64,000 nucleotides of DNA from Pachysolen tannophilus NRRL Y-2460 (taxonomy: Eukaryota): positions 1,396,502 through 1,460,501 of the forward strand of contig KV454013.1 of assembly GCA_001661245.1 (NCBI GenBank). Reading direction: 5' to 3'. Made by a program: the position numbers and the translations under genes. Positions 31,653-43,025 of the stretch are shown here, in pieces. The notes beneath the pieces were generated by a model. That model was given only the letters and a program-made list of their open reading frames with translations. It had not been told where the DNA came from and searched no databases. Position 1 is the stretch's first letter; every line of letters begins with the position of its first letter.

Positions 31653-34600
31653 CTAGTTGATGTTTAGTTGTTGGAAAACTTTTCTCTTTTGTGGACCTTC
31701 AGCATCTTTGCTTCTTCTGACAATGGTCTCACCAGTTTCCAAAGTATTGTTATTCTTGATGTCTTGTAGTTGTTGTAGATTACGAAGTTTGCTGGAATTG
31801 GTAGCCTGTGACAGCGACTTGATGGGTCTATCTGGAATGGGTATAGGTAATGGACTAAAATTCTCTAGATTTTCTAAAAAAGTTGTCGAATTCATGTTTT
31901 CACCAAAAGTATCGTTACTCATTGACATATCACTATTATCTTCAGGTTTTATTTCACCATTTTTCAAAGAATCAATACGAGGGAGTTTCCCATGTTTATA
32001 GATCAGTAGGATTTCCTCATCTGGCCTGGTTAATGGGATTTCTCTTGTGTATGAATATGGCTTTCTAGCTGGAATTTTTTGCTTATCCATCTGAGCAATT
32101 TCAATTGATTGTATTAATTGGTTTGCTTCATTAACTATAGCTGATGTATTGGCTTTGAAATCATTTATCATCTGCTTCTCATTAGAAGTATAAACATCAA
32201 TAATGTTTGGTTTGATCTCGTTTATTAAATGGTTACCGATTTCATTAAAATCTTGAGAAAGTTTGGCAAATTTAGTAATTGATTCTTTTTGTAAAGAACT
32301 CAAGACTCCATTGGTATCACTTAAATCACTATCAATTTCATTTTTCAATTTTTTAGAGTAATCATTCAATATGCTAATCTTCGGATCAATTTTGTCTACT
32401 GAATCATTTATTGAATCAATAATTGAATCTTTATTTGAATCTAAATTAGTATTTAGATCAGTAAATAATGTTGCAGTTTTCTCATGTTTGGAAATTAATT
32501 CATTTTTAATTCTTAATTTTTCATTTATCAATGCTTCTGTGAAAAATTGTTGAGTATGCAACCATTTGTACAATTTTTCATCGGTATATTCATTAAACTG
32601 ATGATTTTCATTATGAATTGTATTCAATGTCTTAGAACTAGAATCATATACAGTAGTCAGCCTTTCAATTCTATTGGAAGTGGAATTTTTAACTAACTCA
32701 ACAATTTTCTTAATTAGCTGTTGCTGTTCTTGTTCTTGGTTTTCAATTTCTTTCTTGTGAATAATCTCATTTGCAATCAATTGGTCTTTTAACAACTTAT
32801 TATATTTTAAATAATGTGAATTGGAATTATTTTTCAAAATCTCAATTTCTTCGTATTGGTTTACTAGTTGATTATGAACAACATCAATTGCTGATTTAAA
32901 TAATTTCCCAACTTCATGGAAAGAATCTTGAACTAAATTTTGAATTTCCCCAATACTTTCCATATTATTAGAAATATTTTCTTCAACAAATTTTTTTAAT
33001 CCAATTAATTGATTTGTAATTTCAGCTTGTAATTCTTTCTTAACATCTTCTATACCATCTGCTGAACTATTAAAATTTGATATCGATAAAGAAAGTTTTT
33101 TTAAAATGTCAGAGATTTTATCTTGGAAAAATAAATCTATATTTTTCACATTGCTAATTTTGTTACAAACTTTTAATTTATGTTCTTCAATTGCTGTGTT
33201 CAAATTTTTGTTTAATAAATTTGTTAAATCATTATTTTCTGCATCCAATTTTAACAAAAAATTATCAATTTTAATTTTTAACAAAGATGTTGTCTTAATT
33301 TTTTTATCTTCCAAAGATTGGACATTGTTATTTTCAATTTTTAATACTTCATCAATTATTTCATGTAATTCATTTTTGTTCAATATAACATTATCTAATA
33401 ATTTCAACAATGATTTATTTAATTCATGTAATATGGTTTCGGTTTTAACATGTTCTTTTTTCAATATCAATTCATCTTTATATTTTGTTTCAAAATCGAT
33501 AACTTTTAATTTACTTTCTTGTAATTCTTTTGTAGTTTTATTTAATTTTAATTCTAGTTCCAGTATTTTTAAATCATTTTGACGAGAAATTTCCTGTTGT
33601 TGTTCATATTGAGTTTTATATCTTTTATTTTGATCTTCTAATAAATCAATTCTTAATTTTTGATCTTCAGTTAAAATTCTTCTACTTTCACTTTCACTAG
33701 TTAAATTATTATAACTTTCTTGTGTCATATAAACTCCACCTGTTTGTGATCGTGTTGCATTTAAATCTTTTCTTAAAGATTCTATTTCTTGAATATATTC
33801 ACTTATTAATAATTGTTTACTCATACTATGATTAACTTGAGGTTTATTTTTAATACTTTTAGCTCTATTAGCATATTCTAAAGTACTCAAAGTTTCTTCT
33901 AAAGAAATTTTAGCAGGTGAAATTGTGGCAATTATACAAGTTTTCGTTTTACCACCAAGAGAATCTTGTAATAATCTTGTTAATTTTGATTCTCTATATG
34001 GAATATGAGGAGTTTTATCAACAAGAGAATTTATTACTCTTCCTAAAGTTAATAAAGATTGATTAATCATACCAGCTTCTCTAGCTCTTTTATTTTCAGC
34101 ACCAGAACGACTAATATTTTCAGAACCTGCTAAATCCACTAAATTCAATTTCCCAATTTTTAAAAATTCTTCACCTGTTAATGGATCAATTTTTTTCATA
34201 TGTACTGTTATTGTGAAAACTGTATGTGATCTTGAAGATAAATCATTACATTGTGTACTAGCAACTTGTCTCTTATAAGAACCATCATTTAATACTTTCA
34301 AACCTTCTTGAGCATTTTGAATGAAAACTTCTTCCATTCCTTGTACAACAATAGATTTTTTAGTGTGATCATCATAAATTCTAACTTTTCTTTCACAATT
34401 TTCTGGTAATAATAAATCTCTTAATTCTTCATTATATAATTCAATAAATGAGATTCTAACAGAAAATTCTGGATGATTACTTTCTTTTAAATTTTTGAAT
34501 AATTCAACTAAAGTCCTTGGTATTATTCCAGCATCGACACTTAACCCCATTGATGAAGTAGAAGAAGTAGTAGAAGTTAAATCCCCAGACATTGTGTAAG

Positions 34601-35075
34601 TTTTCCCCGTACCAGTTTGTCCATATGCAAATATTGTACAATTATATCCCTTTAACATTTCTTGTAATACATTTGATGCAACACCATCAAATAAGATTTC
34701 TTGATCACTTTCTGCACCAAATACTCTATCAAAAGTATATGTCTTATTTGTCGATCCATTTTGTTGAATGATCACTTCTTTACCATTATGGCCCAAAGTA
34801 GATATCACAACCCCACTATTTTCATTAATCTCTCTTTCATTTCTTGAACGACACCTTACATAAACACTTATATTCGATTCAGCTAATGTTGTATCTGACT
34901 TTTGTCTACCACCACTACCACTACTCCCACTACCATGATTCTGTAATTTTGGTTTCTTCAACGGAGGTGTTGGCGTTTCCGAGCTTCTCTTATTGACAGA
35001 ACTACCTGTAGCACTACCAGTATTGTTTGAAGGCGATCCTAGGCGATTTCTAAATGTATTCCCAGATGATGACAT
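31653..35075 (-). CDS. KIP1: Kinesin-5 (BimC family) spindle motor
   Basis: NISVYVRCRSRNERE, GYNCTIFAYGQTGTGKT, SSRSH, LVDLAGSEN, then a coiled-coil stalk. First ATG at 35075. Its neighbours PRX1 and SEF1 match the S. cerevisiae KIP1 neighbourhood. Confidence 0.9.
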   Translation of the reverse strand: MSSSGNTFRNRLGSPSNNTGSATGSSVNKRSSETPTPPLKKPKLQNHGSGSSGSGGRQKSDTTLAESNISVYVRCRSRNEREINENSGVVISTLGHNGKEVIIQQNGSTNKTYTFDRVFGAESDQEILFDGVASNVLQEMLKGYNCTIFAYGQTGTGKTYTMSGDLTSTTSSTSSMGLSVDAGIIPRTLVELFKNLKESNHPEFSVRISFIELYNEELRDLLLPENCERKVRIYDDHTKKSIVVQGMEEVFIQNAQEGLKVLNDGSYKRQVASTQCNDLSSRSHTVFTITVHMKKIDPLTGEEFLKIGKLNLVDLAGSENISRSGAENKRAREAGMINQSLLTLGRVINSLVDKTPHIPYRESKLTRLLQDSLGGKTKTCIIATISPAKISLEETLSTLEYANRAKSIKNKPQVNHSMSKQLLISEYIQEIESLRKDLNATRSQTGGVYMTQESYNNLTSESESRRILTEDQKLRIDLLEDQNKRYKTQYEQQQEISRQNDLKILELELKLNKTTKELQESKLKVIDFETKYKDELILKKEHVKTETILHELNKSLLKLLDNVILNKNELHEIIDEVLKIENNNVQSLEDKKIKTTSLLKIKIDNFLLKLDAENNDLTNLLNKNLNTAIEEHKLKVCNKISNVKNIDLFFQDKISDILKKLSLSISNFNSSADGIEDVKKELQAEITNQLIGLKKFVEENISNNMESIGEIQNLVQDSFHEVGKLFKSAIDVVHNQLVNQYEEIEILKNNSNSHYLKYNKLLKDQLIANEIIHKKEIENQEQEQQQLIKKIVELVKNSTSNRIERLTTVYDSSSKTLNTIHNENHQFNEYTDEKLYKWLHTQQFFTEALINEKLRIKNELISKHEKTATLFTDLNTNLDSNKDSIIDSINDSVDKIDPKISILNDYSKKLKNEIDSDLSDTNGVLSSLQKESITKFAKLSQDFNEIGNHLINEIKPNIIDVYTSNEKQMINDFKANTSAIVNEANQLIQSIEIAQMDKQKIPARKPYSYTREIPLTRPDEEILLIYKHGKLPRIDSLKNGEIKPEDNSDMSMSNDTFGENMNSTTFLENLENFSPLPIPIPDRPIKSLSQATNSSKLRNLQQLQDIKNNNTLETGETIVRRSKDAEGPQKRKVFQQLNIN

Positions 35076-35104
35076 TTCCAACAATATCCCACACACACAA
35101 ACAA

Positions 35105-35135
<31 letters not shown>

Positions 35136-35283
35136 ACTTTAACCACTAGTCACTATACCAATCAATGGATTAATATCTATTAAATTCCGTCCAGATAGAT
35201 TTGAATTTGACCAATATCAAATATATTAAAAAATTATTATTATATATTATATATATATATATATAAATTATTATGAAACCTAC

Positions 35284-35356
35284 TTGTTTACTACTTATTT
35301 ACTACTACTACTAATACTAACTACATGAGCAGCTTTAGCTTTGCTTATTTGTTTAC
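35284..35356 (-). promoter_or_regulatory. Two forkhead-type sites (GTAAACAA) upstream of kinesin-5
   Basis: TTGTTTAC at 35284-35291 and 35349-35356. Confidence 0.5.
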
Positions 35357-35828
35357 ATTTCCAGCAGATTCCCACCGCCCCCAAACAAAGAAAAAACAAA
35401 ATTTCAAGGGCGGCAGATGAAACTTAGAATCTTATTACCTTACAAGGGCTGCCTGAAAATTTTTTTGAAAAACAGAAACAACCCCTAATAGTTTAACAGC
35501 CCCCGAAAGCAACAACAATAAAAAAAAATCGCAAAGTTTTTTTTTATCAGCCGCCCCTGATGATGGAAAAAAATAGAAAAAAGTCACGTGCGATGATTTC
35601 ATTGACGCATAAGAATTTTAACATCCATCCATTCATTTGTTGCCATACAGAGAGAAGAGAGATATTCATAAAAGTTGGTTGGAAGTCAAAAAAAGAGCAA
35701 GTTGTATATAAGTTGTGAATAATCATTAATTATTATTCAATTCAATTTAGTTTTTATATTTAAATAAAAAAAATAAAAAATTTTTTTTTTTATATATATA
35801 TTAGTGTTTTTTTACTTTCTTAGCAAAA

Positions 35829-36575
35829 ATGTTTACTAGACAAGTTACCAAATTTGCTTTTAGATCAGAATTTCAATTTAAGCCAGTTTTAGTTAGAGGT
35901 TTAAAAACTTTTAACCAAGCTGAGCAACCAAGATTAAGAATTAATTCAATTGCACCAAATTTTACAGCACCATCTACTAAAGGTGAAATTAATTTTTATG
36001 ATTATATTAAAGATTCATGGACTGTTTTATTTTCTCATCCAGCAGATTTTACACCAGTTTGTACTACTGAACTTGGTGCATTTTCACTGTTAAAACCAGA
36101 ATTTGATAAGAGAAATGTAAAATTAATTGGTTTATCTGCAGAAGGTGTTGAAAAACATAAATTATGGATTAAAGATATTGAAGATACTTCAACTGGTGGT
36201 AAAGAATTTGAATACCCAATTCTTGGAGATGAATCAAGAGAAGTTGCCTTTTTATATGATATGGTTGATGAAGAAGGTTTTAAAAATTTGAATGGTGGTA
36301 TTGTTCAAACAATTAGATCTGTTTTCATCATTGATCCATCAAAGAAAATTAGATTGATCTTGACATACCCAGCATCAACCGGTAGAAACACCGCAGAAGT
36401 CTTAAGAGTCATTGATGCTTTACAATTAACCGATAAGAAAGGTGTTGTAACCCCAATTAATTGGACTGAAGGTAAAGATGTTATTATCCCACCAACAGTT
36501 TCTGATGAAGATGCAAAGGCAAAATTCGGTGAATTTAGAAAAATTAAACCTTACTTGCGTTATACCAAAGTTTAA
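35829..36575 (+). CDS. PRX1: Mitochondrial 1-Cys peroxiredoxin
   Basis: LFSHPADFTPVCTTELG, YPASTGRN and a presequence-like N-terminus. A Cbf1-type GTCACGTG lies upstream at 35583-35590. Confidence 0.96.
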   Translation: MFTRQVTKFAFRSEFQFKPVLVRGLKTFNQAEQPRLRINSIAPNFTAPSTKGEINFYDYIKDSWTVLFSHPADFTPVCTTELGAFSLLKPEFDKRNVKLIGLSAEGVEKHKLWIKDIEDTSTGGKEFEYPILGDESREVAFLYDMVDEEGFKNLNGGIVQTIRSVFIIDPSKKIRLILTYPASTGRNTAEVLRVIDALQLTDKKGVVTPINWTEGKDVIIPPTVSDEDAKAKFGEFRKIKPYLRYTKV

Positions 36576-36637
36576 AAAAATCTTTATTGACTGTATATTC
36601 TTTTAAATAAATAAATAATATTTTAAATTATAATATT

Positions 36638-36670
<33 letters not shown>

Positions 36671-37755
36671 AATATATATATATATATTATATATTCATCC
36701 AATAAAATTCCATTGAAAAAAAAACGAGAAACGCAAGAAAAAAAGTAGTTTTTAAAATTATGAAAAAAGTGTTTGCAAAGATATAGATGAAATGAGTTGA
36801 AAAGTAAATTGCAATTTTAATTGCAATTTTACTATACTCAATCGAATCATCTTTCTCTTAATCTCTATATATATATTAACTCTTTATAGTAGGTGATAAT
36901 ATGGAAAAGAAAATGTCTTTAAATTTAAATTCTTGTAGTTTTTAACAATACAACATTTGTAAAGTTGTATTTGAATTTTCCAATCTTTTGAATTCTTGCA
37001 TACTTCCCGAACTCACATAGTATACAATAACGGGCAAAAAAAAGCCAAAAACAAGTCAAAAAGTAGCAAAAAGTAGCAAAAAACAAGCAAAAAAGGGGCC
37101 AAAAGGGGCTAAAAGGGGGCAAATTCAACAATACTTTTTATATTTTTGGATGTAGATTGCACTACTCGAATTCCCACTTAATTGGGGTAACCGCGGGTAA
37201 TTTTTTTGTTTTCCATTTTAAATTCTATGCTTTGAACAAAGGAAAAATTATTCCAAAAAAAAAAAAAAAAAAAAAATTTAAGAAAAAAAGAAAAAAAAAA
37301 CGAGATTTTTTTGATTTTTTTTTTAATACGATGTCATATATTATTGATAAATATATATATATATAAATACATTTTCAATATTGTAATAGCGGTACACTTT
37401 TAAGTTCTCTTGAGAGGTTGAAAGTATTATCATTGTTTTTGTTGTCATTCAGAGAATTAATATTGGTACTTTAGAAATTAAGCGCCGTTATTAAATCAAT
37501 TCTGAGGGCCTGCCGATATATACCGTTTAAAAAGTTCAATTACACAAAGATTATTATTATTGTTATTAATTTTTTTTTTATATATATTTGAATTTAAAAC
37601 TTTCAACTAGAGTGTATATTCAAATGATCATTATACATTAAATTTGTCTTGTTTCAATATTCATTGACTAGGAGAAGTGAGAATCAAGACAGTAAGCTTG
37701 TGTGATTTTTTTTTTTTTTTCTTGGTGAAAAAAAAAAAAAAAATAAGCTTTCATA

Positions 37756-40611
37756 ATGGAGAAATCAGTGGTTGCTACTTCTAATTTTACTCAAAATCAA
37801 AATCAAAATCAACACATTGCGAAACATCAAGACCATGGGCGTTTAAGTCATAGTATTGAGCCTCCTTCGCCTCAATCTTTGCCTCCACCTCCACCAACTT
37901 CAACTTCAATTTCAATTTCAAATTCAAATTCATCACAGATTGCTAAACCTGAATCATCAGTTCCTTTGTCTTTTATACCCGCTGTTAGTAATATCAATAA
38001 TAAAAATGATCCAATGGCAGCTCCGATTATATCTGGTTCTGGTGTTGGTTCTGGTGTTGGGGCAGCAACTGGAGGGACGCTGGGAAAACGCAAGAATTCA
38101 GATTTGCCGAAACAGGCTCGTAAGAAATCTAAAGCTGAGAAATTAAGCAATAATAATGATAATACATTGGATAATAATAATAGTAATAATAATAGTAACA
38201 ATAATAATAATAACAATAATAACAATGGGAGTGCAAGACATTCTTCGGGGCATAGACCCGTTACATCATGTACTCATTGCAGACAACATAAGATAAAGTG
38301 TAATGCTTCTGAAAGATTCCCATCACCATGTGCAAGATGTGATAGAATGGGATTAAGTTGTGAGATTGATCCTCAATTTAGACCTAAAAAAGGATCACAA
38401 ATTCAATCTTTGAAAAATGATGTTGATGAATTAAGATCAAAAATCGAATTTTTGACCAAGAATGAACATTTATTAGTACAGCTGCTACAACTGCAAGGAG
38501 GGAACCCTTCAGCTATTGTTGGTAGTCCTTACACAACAAACAGTAGTAGTAATAATCTAGATAATAATAATAACAATAATAATAATATGGGGAAGGCACA
38601 AACAGAATCACCCCCATTAATAGCAAAGACTTTTTTGAAAAAAAATCCACGTTTGCTATGTGATAATAGATCATCAGGACAATCAGTTTCTAAGAATCTG
38701 GTACATCGTGGTAGTATTACCGAATTAAGTTCTAATTCAAATTCGAATACTCCAGATATATTAAATAGTGATTCAAGAAATAGTAACGATTTACCCCCAT
38801 TATTTGAAACTATAATGAGAAGAAATAATTCAGATTCACCAAACATGTATTACAATAGTAGTCATCGTCAAACTTATAAAAACACTACCAATAATAATAA
38901 TAATAGTAATAATAGTAATACCAACACTAGCAAAAGCAACCAATTTACTAATTTTCAACCCAACTTTGCTAATCAACAACAAGATCCTTATAATACCAAA
39001 AACATTTTACCGCTTCATACTGGTTCACCAGTTCCAAGTAATATAACTGAATTTATCTTAGGAGATGTTAAATTACCTATTGAAAAAGCTATAGAATTAC
39101 ATAAAAGATTTATGGAAGATTATTTACCGTTTTTACCAATTTTATCATCTAATAACCCAATTGAACTTTATCAACAATCACAATTATTATTTTGGACAGT
39201 AATGTTGACTGCATGTTTATCAGATCCAGAACCTATTTTATACATGTCATTACTGTCATTAATTAAACAATTGGCTATAGAAACTTGTTGGATCAGAACT
39301 CCACGGTCAACCCATATTGTTCAAGCTTTGTTAATTTTAGGTACATGGCCGTTACCAAATCAAAAAATTTTAGATGATTGTTCATATAGATTTATTGGGT
39401 TAGCTAAAAATTTATCTTTACAATTGGGTTTACATAGAGGTAAATTTATAAGTGAATTTTCGAGGACACAAGTTGCATTACCTAATGCTGAGAAATGGAG
39501 AACAAGAACCTGGTTAGCAGTTTTCTTTGGAGAACAATTTTGGTCATCGAATTTAGGATTACCTCCTTCAATGCAAACTGATTTCTTGTTAGAAAAGGCA
39601 AGAGTAGATAATACATTACCAAAGAATTTTAGATCTTTAATTAGTCTTGCAATTTTCCAAGCAAAATTGGTTAATGTTATGGGATTATCCGTAACTAGTC
39701 CTGATGGTTTGATTGAACCTAAAAATCGTGCTTGTACTTTATCAATTTTGGAAAGAGAATTGGATAGATTAGCTTTTAAATTACAAATTGATGACATAGT
39801 CATTGAAATTTATTATCTTTATGTGAAATTGATGATTTGTTGTTTTTCATTTTTACCAGAAACTCCATTGGAAGATCAAACCAAATATGTCACTATTGCA
39901 TACAGTACTTCTACAAGAATTATAACCATTATTTCAAAATTACTGGAAAAAAGACAATTAATTGAATATCCTATTTATGTCAGAAATTCTGTAAGTGTTG
40001 CAGCTTTCATATTATTTAGATTACATTTAACTCCATATTTATTACCTAAATATATTGATTCTGCAAGGCAAAGTATTGTCACTGTACATAGACTATTTAG
40101 AAATATGTTAGCAGCTTGGAAAGATGTTGAAAATGATATTTCTAGAACAGCCACTGTTTTAGAGAAATTGAATTTTGTTATTATTGCACATCCCGAATTG
40201 TTCACCAAAAATGAAGGAATTATTGTTAGAATGAGATCACATTTGACAGGGTCATTATTTTACGATTTAGTTTGGTGTGTTCATGAAGCAAGAAGGAGAG
40301 TATTAGCCAATGAAAAATCTGGTAATCCTGGAAATACTATGGTTAATTCAACTTCAGGTGACCAAGAGAGACCATTACCATTACCATTTTATAACCAGAT
40401 AACTAAGGACGATTTTAATACAATTACGTCGACAACACCAAACGGTACAACAGTAACAATGTTAGTTCCCACTGATCTGGCAATGAATAATGCTACTGCT
40501 AATGCTACTGCTAATGGGTTAAGCAAACCCACTGAAATTAATGGTATCCCTATTTCTATGTTGGAATCTACAGGAAGCATTGTCAATAGTAGTAACAACA
40601 ACAACAACAAC

Positions 40612-40652
<41 letters not shown>

Positions 40653-41115
40653 TGGCATTAATAGTAATAGCGCTAATATCAATAATACTACATATTTCAA
40701 CCCAAGTGGAAATATACAACTGCCTGATGTTCTGCTGCAATCCCATTCACATCAGAGTAGTTTCAGCTTTAGTAGTATACTTGGAAACAATAACAATAAC
40801 AATAACAACAACAATGGAGAAGTGAATACTCCAACAGGTAATCCTACCAAGGATTTATTGAACAATTCGGCTTCAAACATATCAGAGTTTTTAAATACTC
40901 CAACTTCGACCACAACAAATGCTAACAGCAATGGCAACAATCAACTCGGAACTCCATCACAACAGCAGGCAAAACAAAGTGGTTCTAAAGGTGCTGCTGG
41001 TACTTCTGATCAGCAGTTCATCGATAGTATATTTCAACAACAAAGTGCAAACTGGATGGAAGGAGGAGATGATTTCTTGGGTTGGTTTGATATGAATATG
41101 GCTCCTGAATTTTAA
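37756..41115 (+). CDS. SEF1: Zn2Cys6 transcription factor Sef1
   Basis: GHRPVTSCTHCRQHKIKCNASERFPSPC, IKQLAIETCWIRTPRSTH, RMRSHLTGSLFYDLVW, C-terminal DDFLGWFDMNMAPEF. Confidence 0.95.
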
Positions 41116-41425
41116 AAGTTGAAGAAGTTTTTCTAATTCTTTTTTTATTTTACGTTTTTCTTTTTTTTTTTTTTCTTTTTTGTGTTTGTTTAATGACAGT
41201 GTTATTTTAACCCTTATGTTTTTATAATTAGATACTCTCACAATTGATCACATACGACGTTATTAAATTTTTTATAGAAAGTTTTGTCTTTTTCTTTGAT
41301 TATATTTATTTTGGGCAAAATGTGTTCTTTATATTAATAATGAAATGGAGTTAATTTTATTTTTTTTGAAAAGAAGAAAAAAGCAATTGTAAAAGCTACA
41401 AAAGAAAAAAAAATTTTTTTTTCAT

Positions 41426-42493
41426 CTATTCGTCTTCTTCCTTTGGATCACCAATTCCGTCTTCATAAATTGCAAATAAGCATTCACTTTCAGGTAAGCA
41501 TGGACTATCATAAACTTTACAAACTCTATTTTCACCTTTTCTCTTATTAAGACTTAATCTTGTAGTTGATGAATGAGCCACGATATTACCACCAATTGGT
41601 TTTTTAGTTTCAGTATTACCATAAGCTTGATCCACTGTTGCTACAACTTGATTTGTTATTACCACAGCAATTCCAAATTCATCAGCTAATCTTTGTAAAG
41701 TTCTCATATACTTTGCCACTTGCATTTGTCTTGCTGATAATTCTCCTCTACCACTATAATCTGTTCTATATAAAGCCATTATAGAATCCACTATAAGTAA
41801 ACTAAATCTTGATTCTGACATCATTTTAGCAGCTTGGTTTAATAATTCCAATTGATGATCAGCATTAAATGCTCTAGCATATGCAACATTATCTAACGCG
41901 TCATCTTCATTTAAACCATATCTTTTAGCAATTGAAACTAATCTTATAGGTCTAAAAGTTCCTTCTGTATCAATATATAAACATTTCCCCTCTGCACCAC
42001 CAAGATCCATTGGAAGTTGACAAGTTATTGCCAATGTATGACATATTTGTGATTTACCAGTTCTGAATTCTCCAAATAATTCTGTAATTGAACCTGTTTC
42101 AATTCCTCCTCCTAATAAAGTATCTAATTGTTTTGATCCAGTAGTAATACAAATCAACTCACTTCTTCGATGATGAAATTCTGAAGCAGTTGTAAAACCC
42201 ATAGGAACCATTTTAGAAGCTTCTCCTAATAATCGATCAGCTTTTGCTTCACTAATTCCACGAACATTCATTAAAATTCTTCTTGGAGTATAAGCAATAG
42301 CTTCAACAGTATTAAAACCAGCATCTACCAATTTTTTCAAATCATTCTTAGAAATACCATTCCCTTCCAAACTATAAATATTCAATGGACCCTCATTGGC
42401 CTGACCTTGACTCAGACCTTCCCCATCATAAATCTCATTCCCTCCTCCTTGAACAACTAATGATTCACCACCAACCTCTGTTTGCTCAGACAT
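41426..42493 (-). CDS. RAD51: Rad51 recombinase
   Basis: [54 protein letters not shown]. First ATG at 42493. Confidence 0.97.
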   Translation of the reverse strand: MSEQTEVGGESLVVQGGGNEIYDGEGLSQGQANEGPLNIYSLEGNGISKNDLKKLVDAGFNTVEAIAYTPRRILMNVRGISEAKADRLLGEASKMVPMGFTTASEFHHRRSELICITTGSKQLDTLLGGGIETGSITELFGEFRTGKSQICHTLAITCQLPMDLGGAEGKCLYIDTEGTFRPIRLVSIAKRYGLNEDDALDNVAYARAFNADHQLELLNQAAKMMSESRFSLLIVDSIMALYRTDYSGRGELSARQMQVAKYMRTLQRLADEFGIAVVITNQVVATVDQAYGNTETKKPIGGNIVAHSSTTRLSLNKRKGENRVCKVYDSPCLPESECLFAIYEDGIGDPKEEDE

Positions 42494-42669
42494 CGTAACA
42501 GAAGAAAAGAAAGCAAAAAAAAAAAAAGTCTTACAAAATATTTCCAATCAATCAATAAACCCAACTAAAACCTTTTCTTCAATAACTCTTGCCCTCTCAC
42601 AGTTATTACCGTGATTCACTTCTTCTTGTTGTTGTTGTTTTAGATGATAATTTCTATTATAAAAACAAA

Positions 42670-42675
42670 ACGCGT
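42670..42675. promoter_or_regulatory. MCB element upstream of RAD51
   Basis: ACGCGT about 180 bp upstream of the ATG. RAD51 is an MBF target in S. cerevisiae. Confidence 0.6.
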
Positions 42676-43025
42676 TAAAAATTTTTTTCTTTTCTTGTTT
42701 TCATTTTCTTATTTAGGTTGACCCGTTTCGGGGATTTTAATTAGATACATTTAAAATCTTAGTTTAATTAGTTAAAATTAGTTTGAATCAAGAAGCGAGA
42801 GAGGAGTGAATTGGATTGGGAATTGTTTTATCCTTTTCAAATAGGGTTTCCTGTTTTATAAATATTAATAATTTAATTTTAATTCATTTAATTTTTGTAA
42901 TATTTTTTTTTTGGGATCGATAAAAGTTTTAAAAAGTTTTCCTTTGTTTTTTTTTTTTTTTGTTTCAGTTTATAAGAGAAAGAGAAAGAGTGTGAGAGAG
43001 AGTGTGAGAGTGAGTATATAAAACG

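Noticed and set aside
36630..36695. (TA)n tract, and likewise (GATA)n at 51061-51087 and the (AAT)n/(CAA)n coding tracts
   Set aside because: Ordinary microsatellites, abundant in this AT-rich genome.
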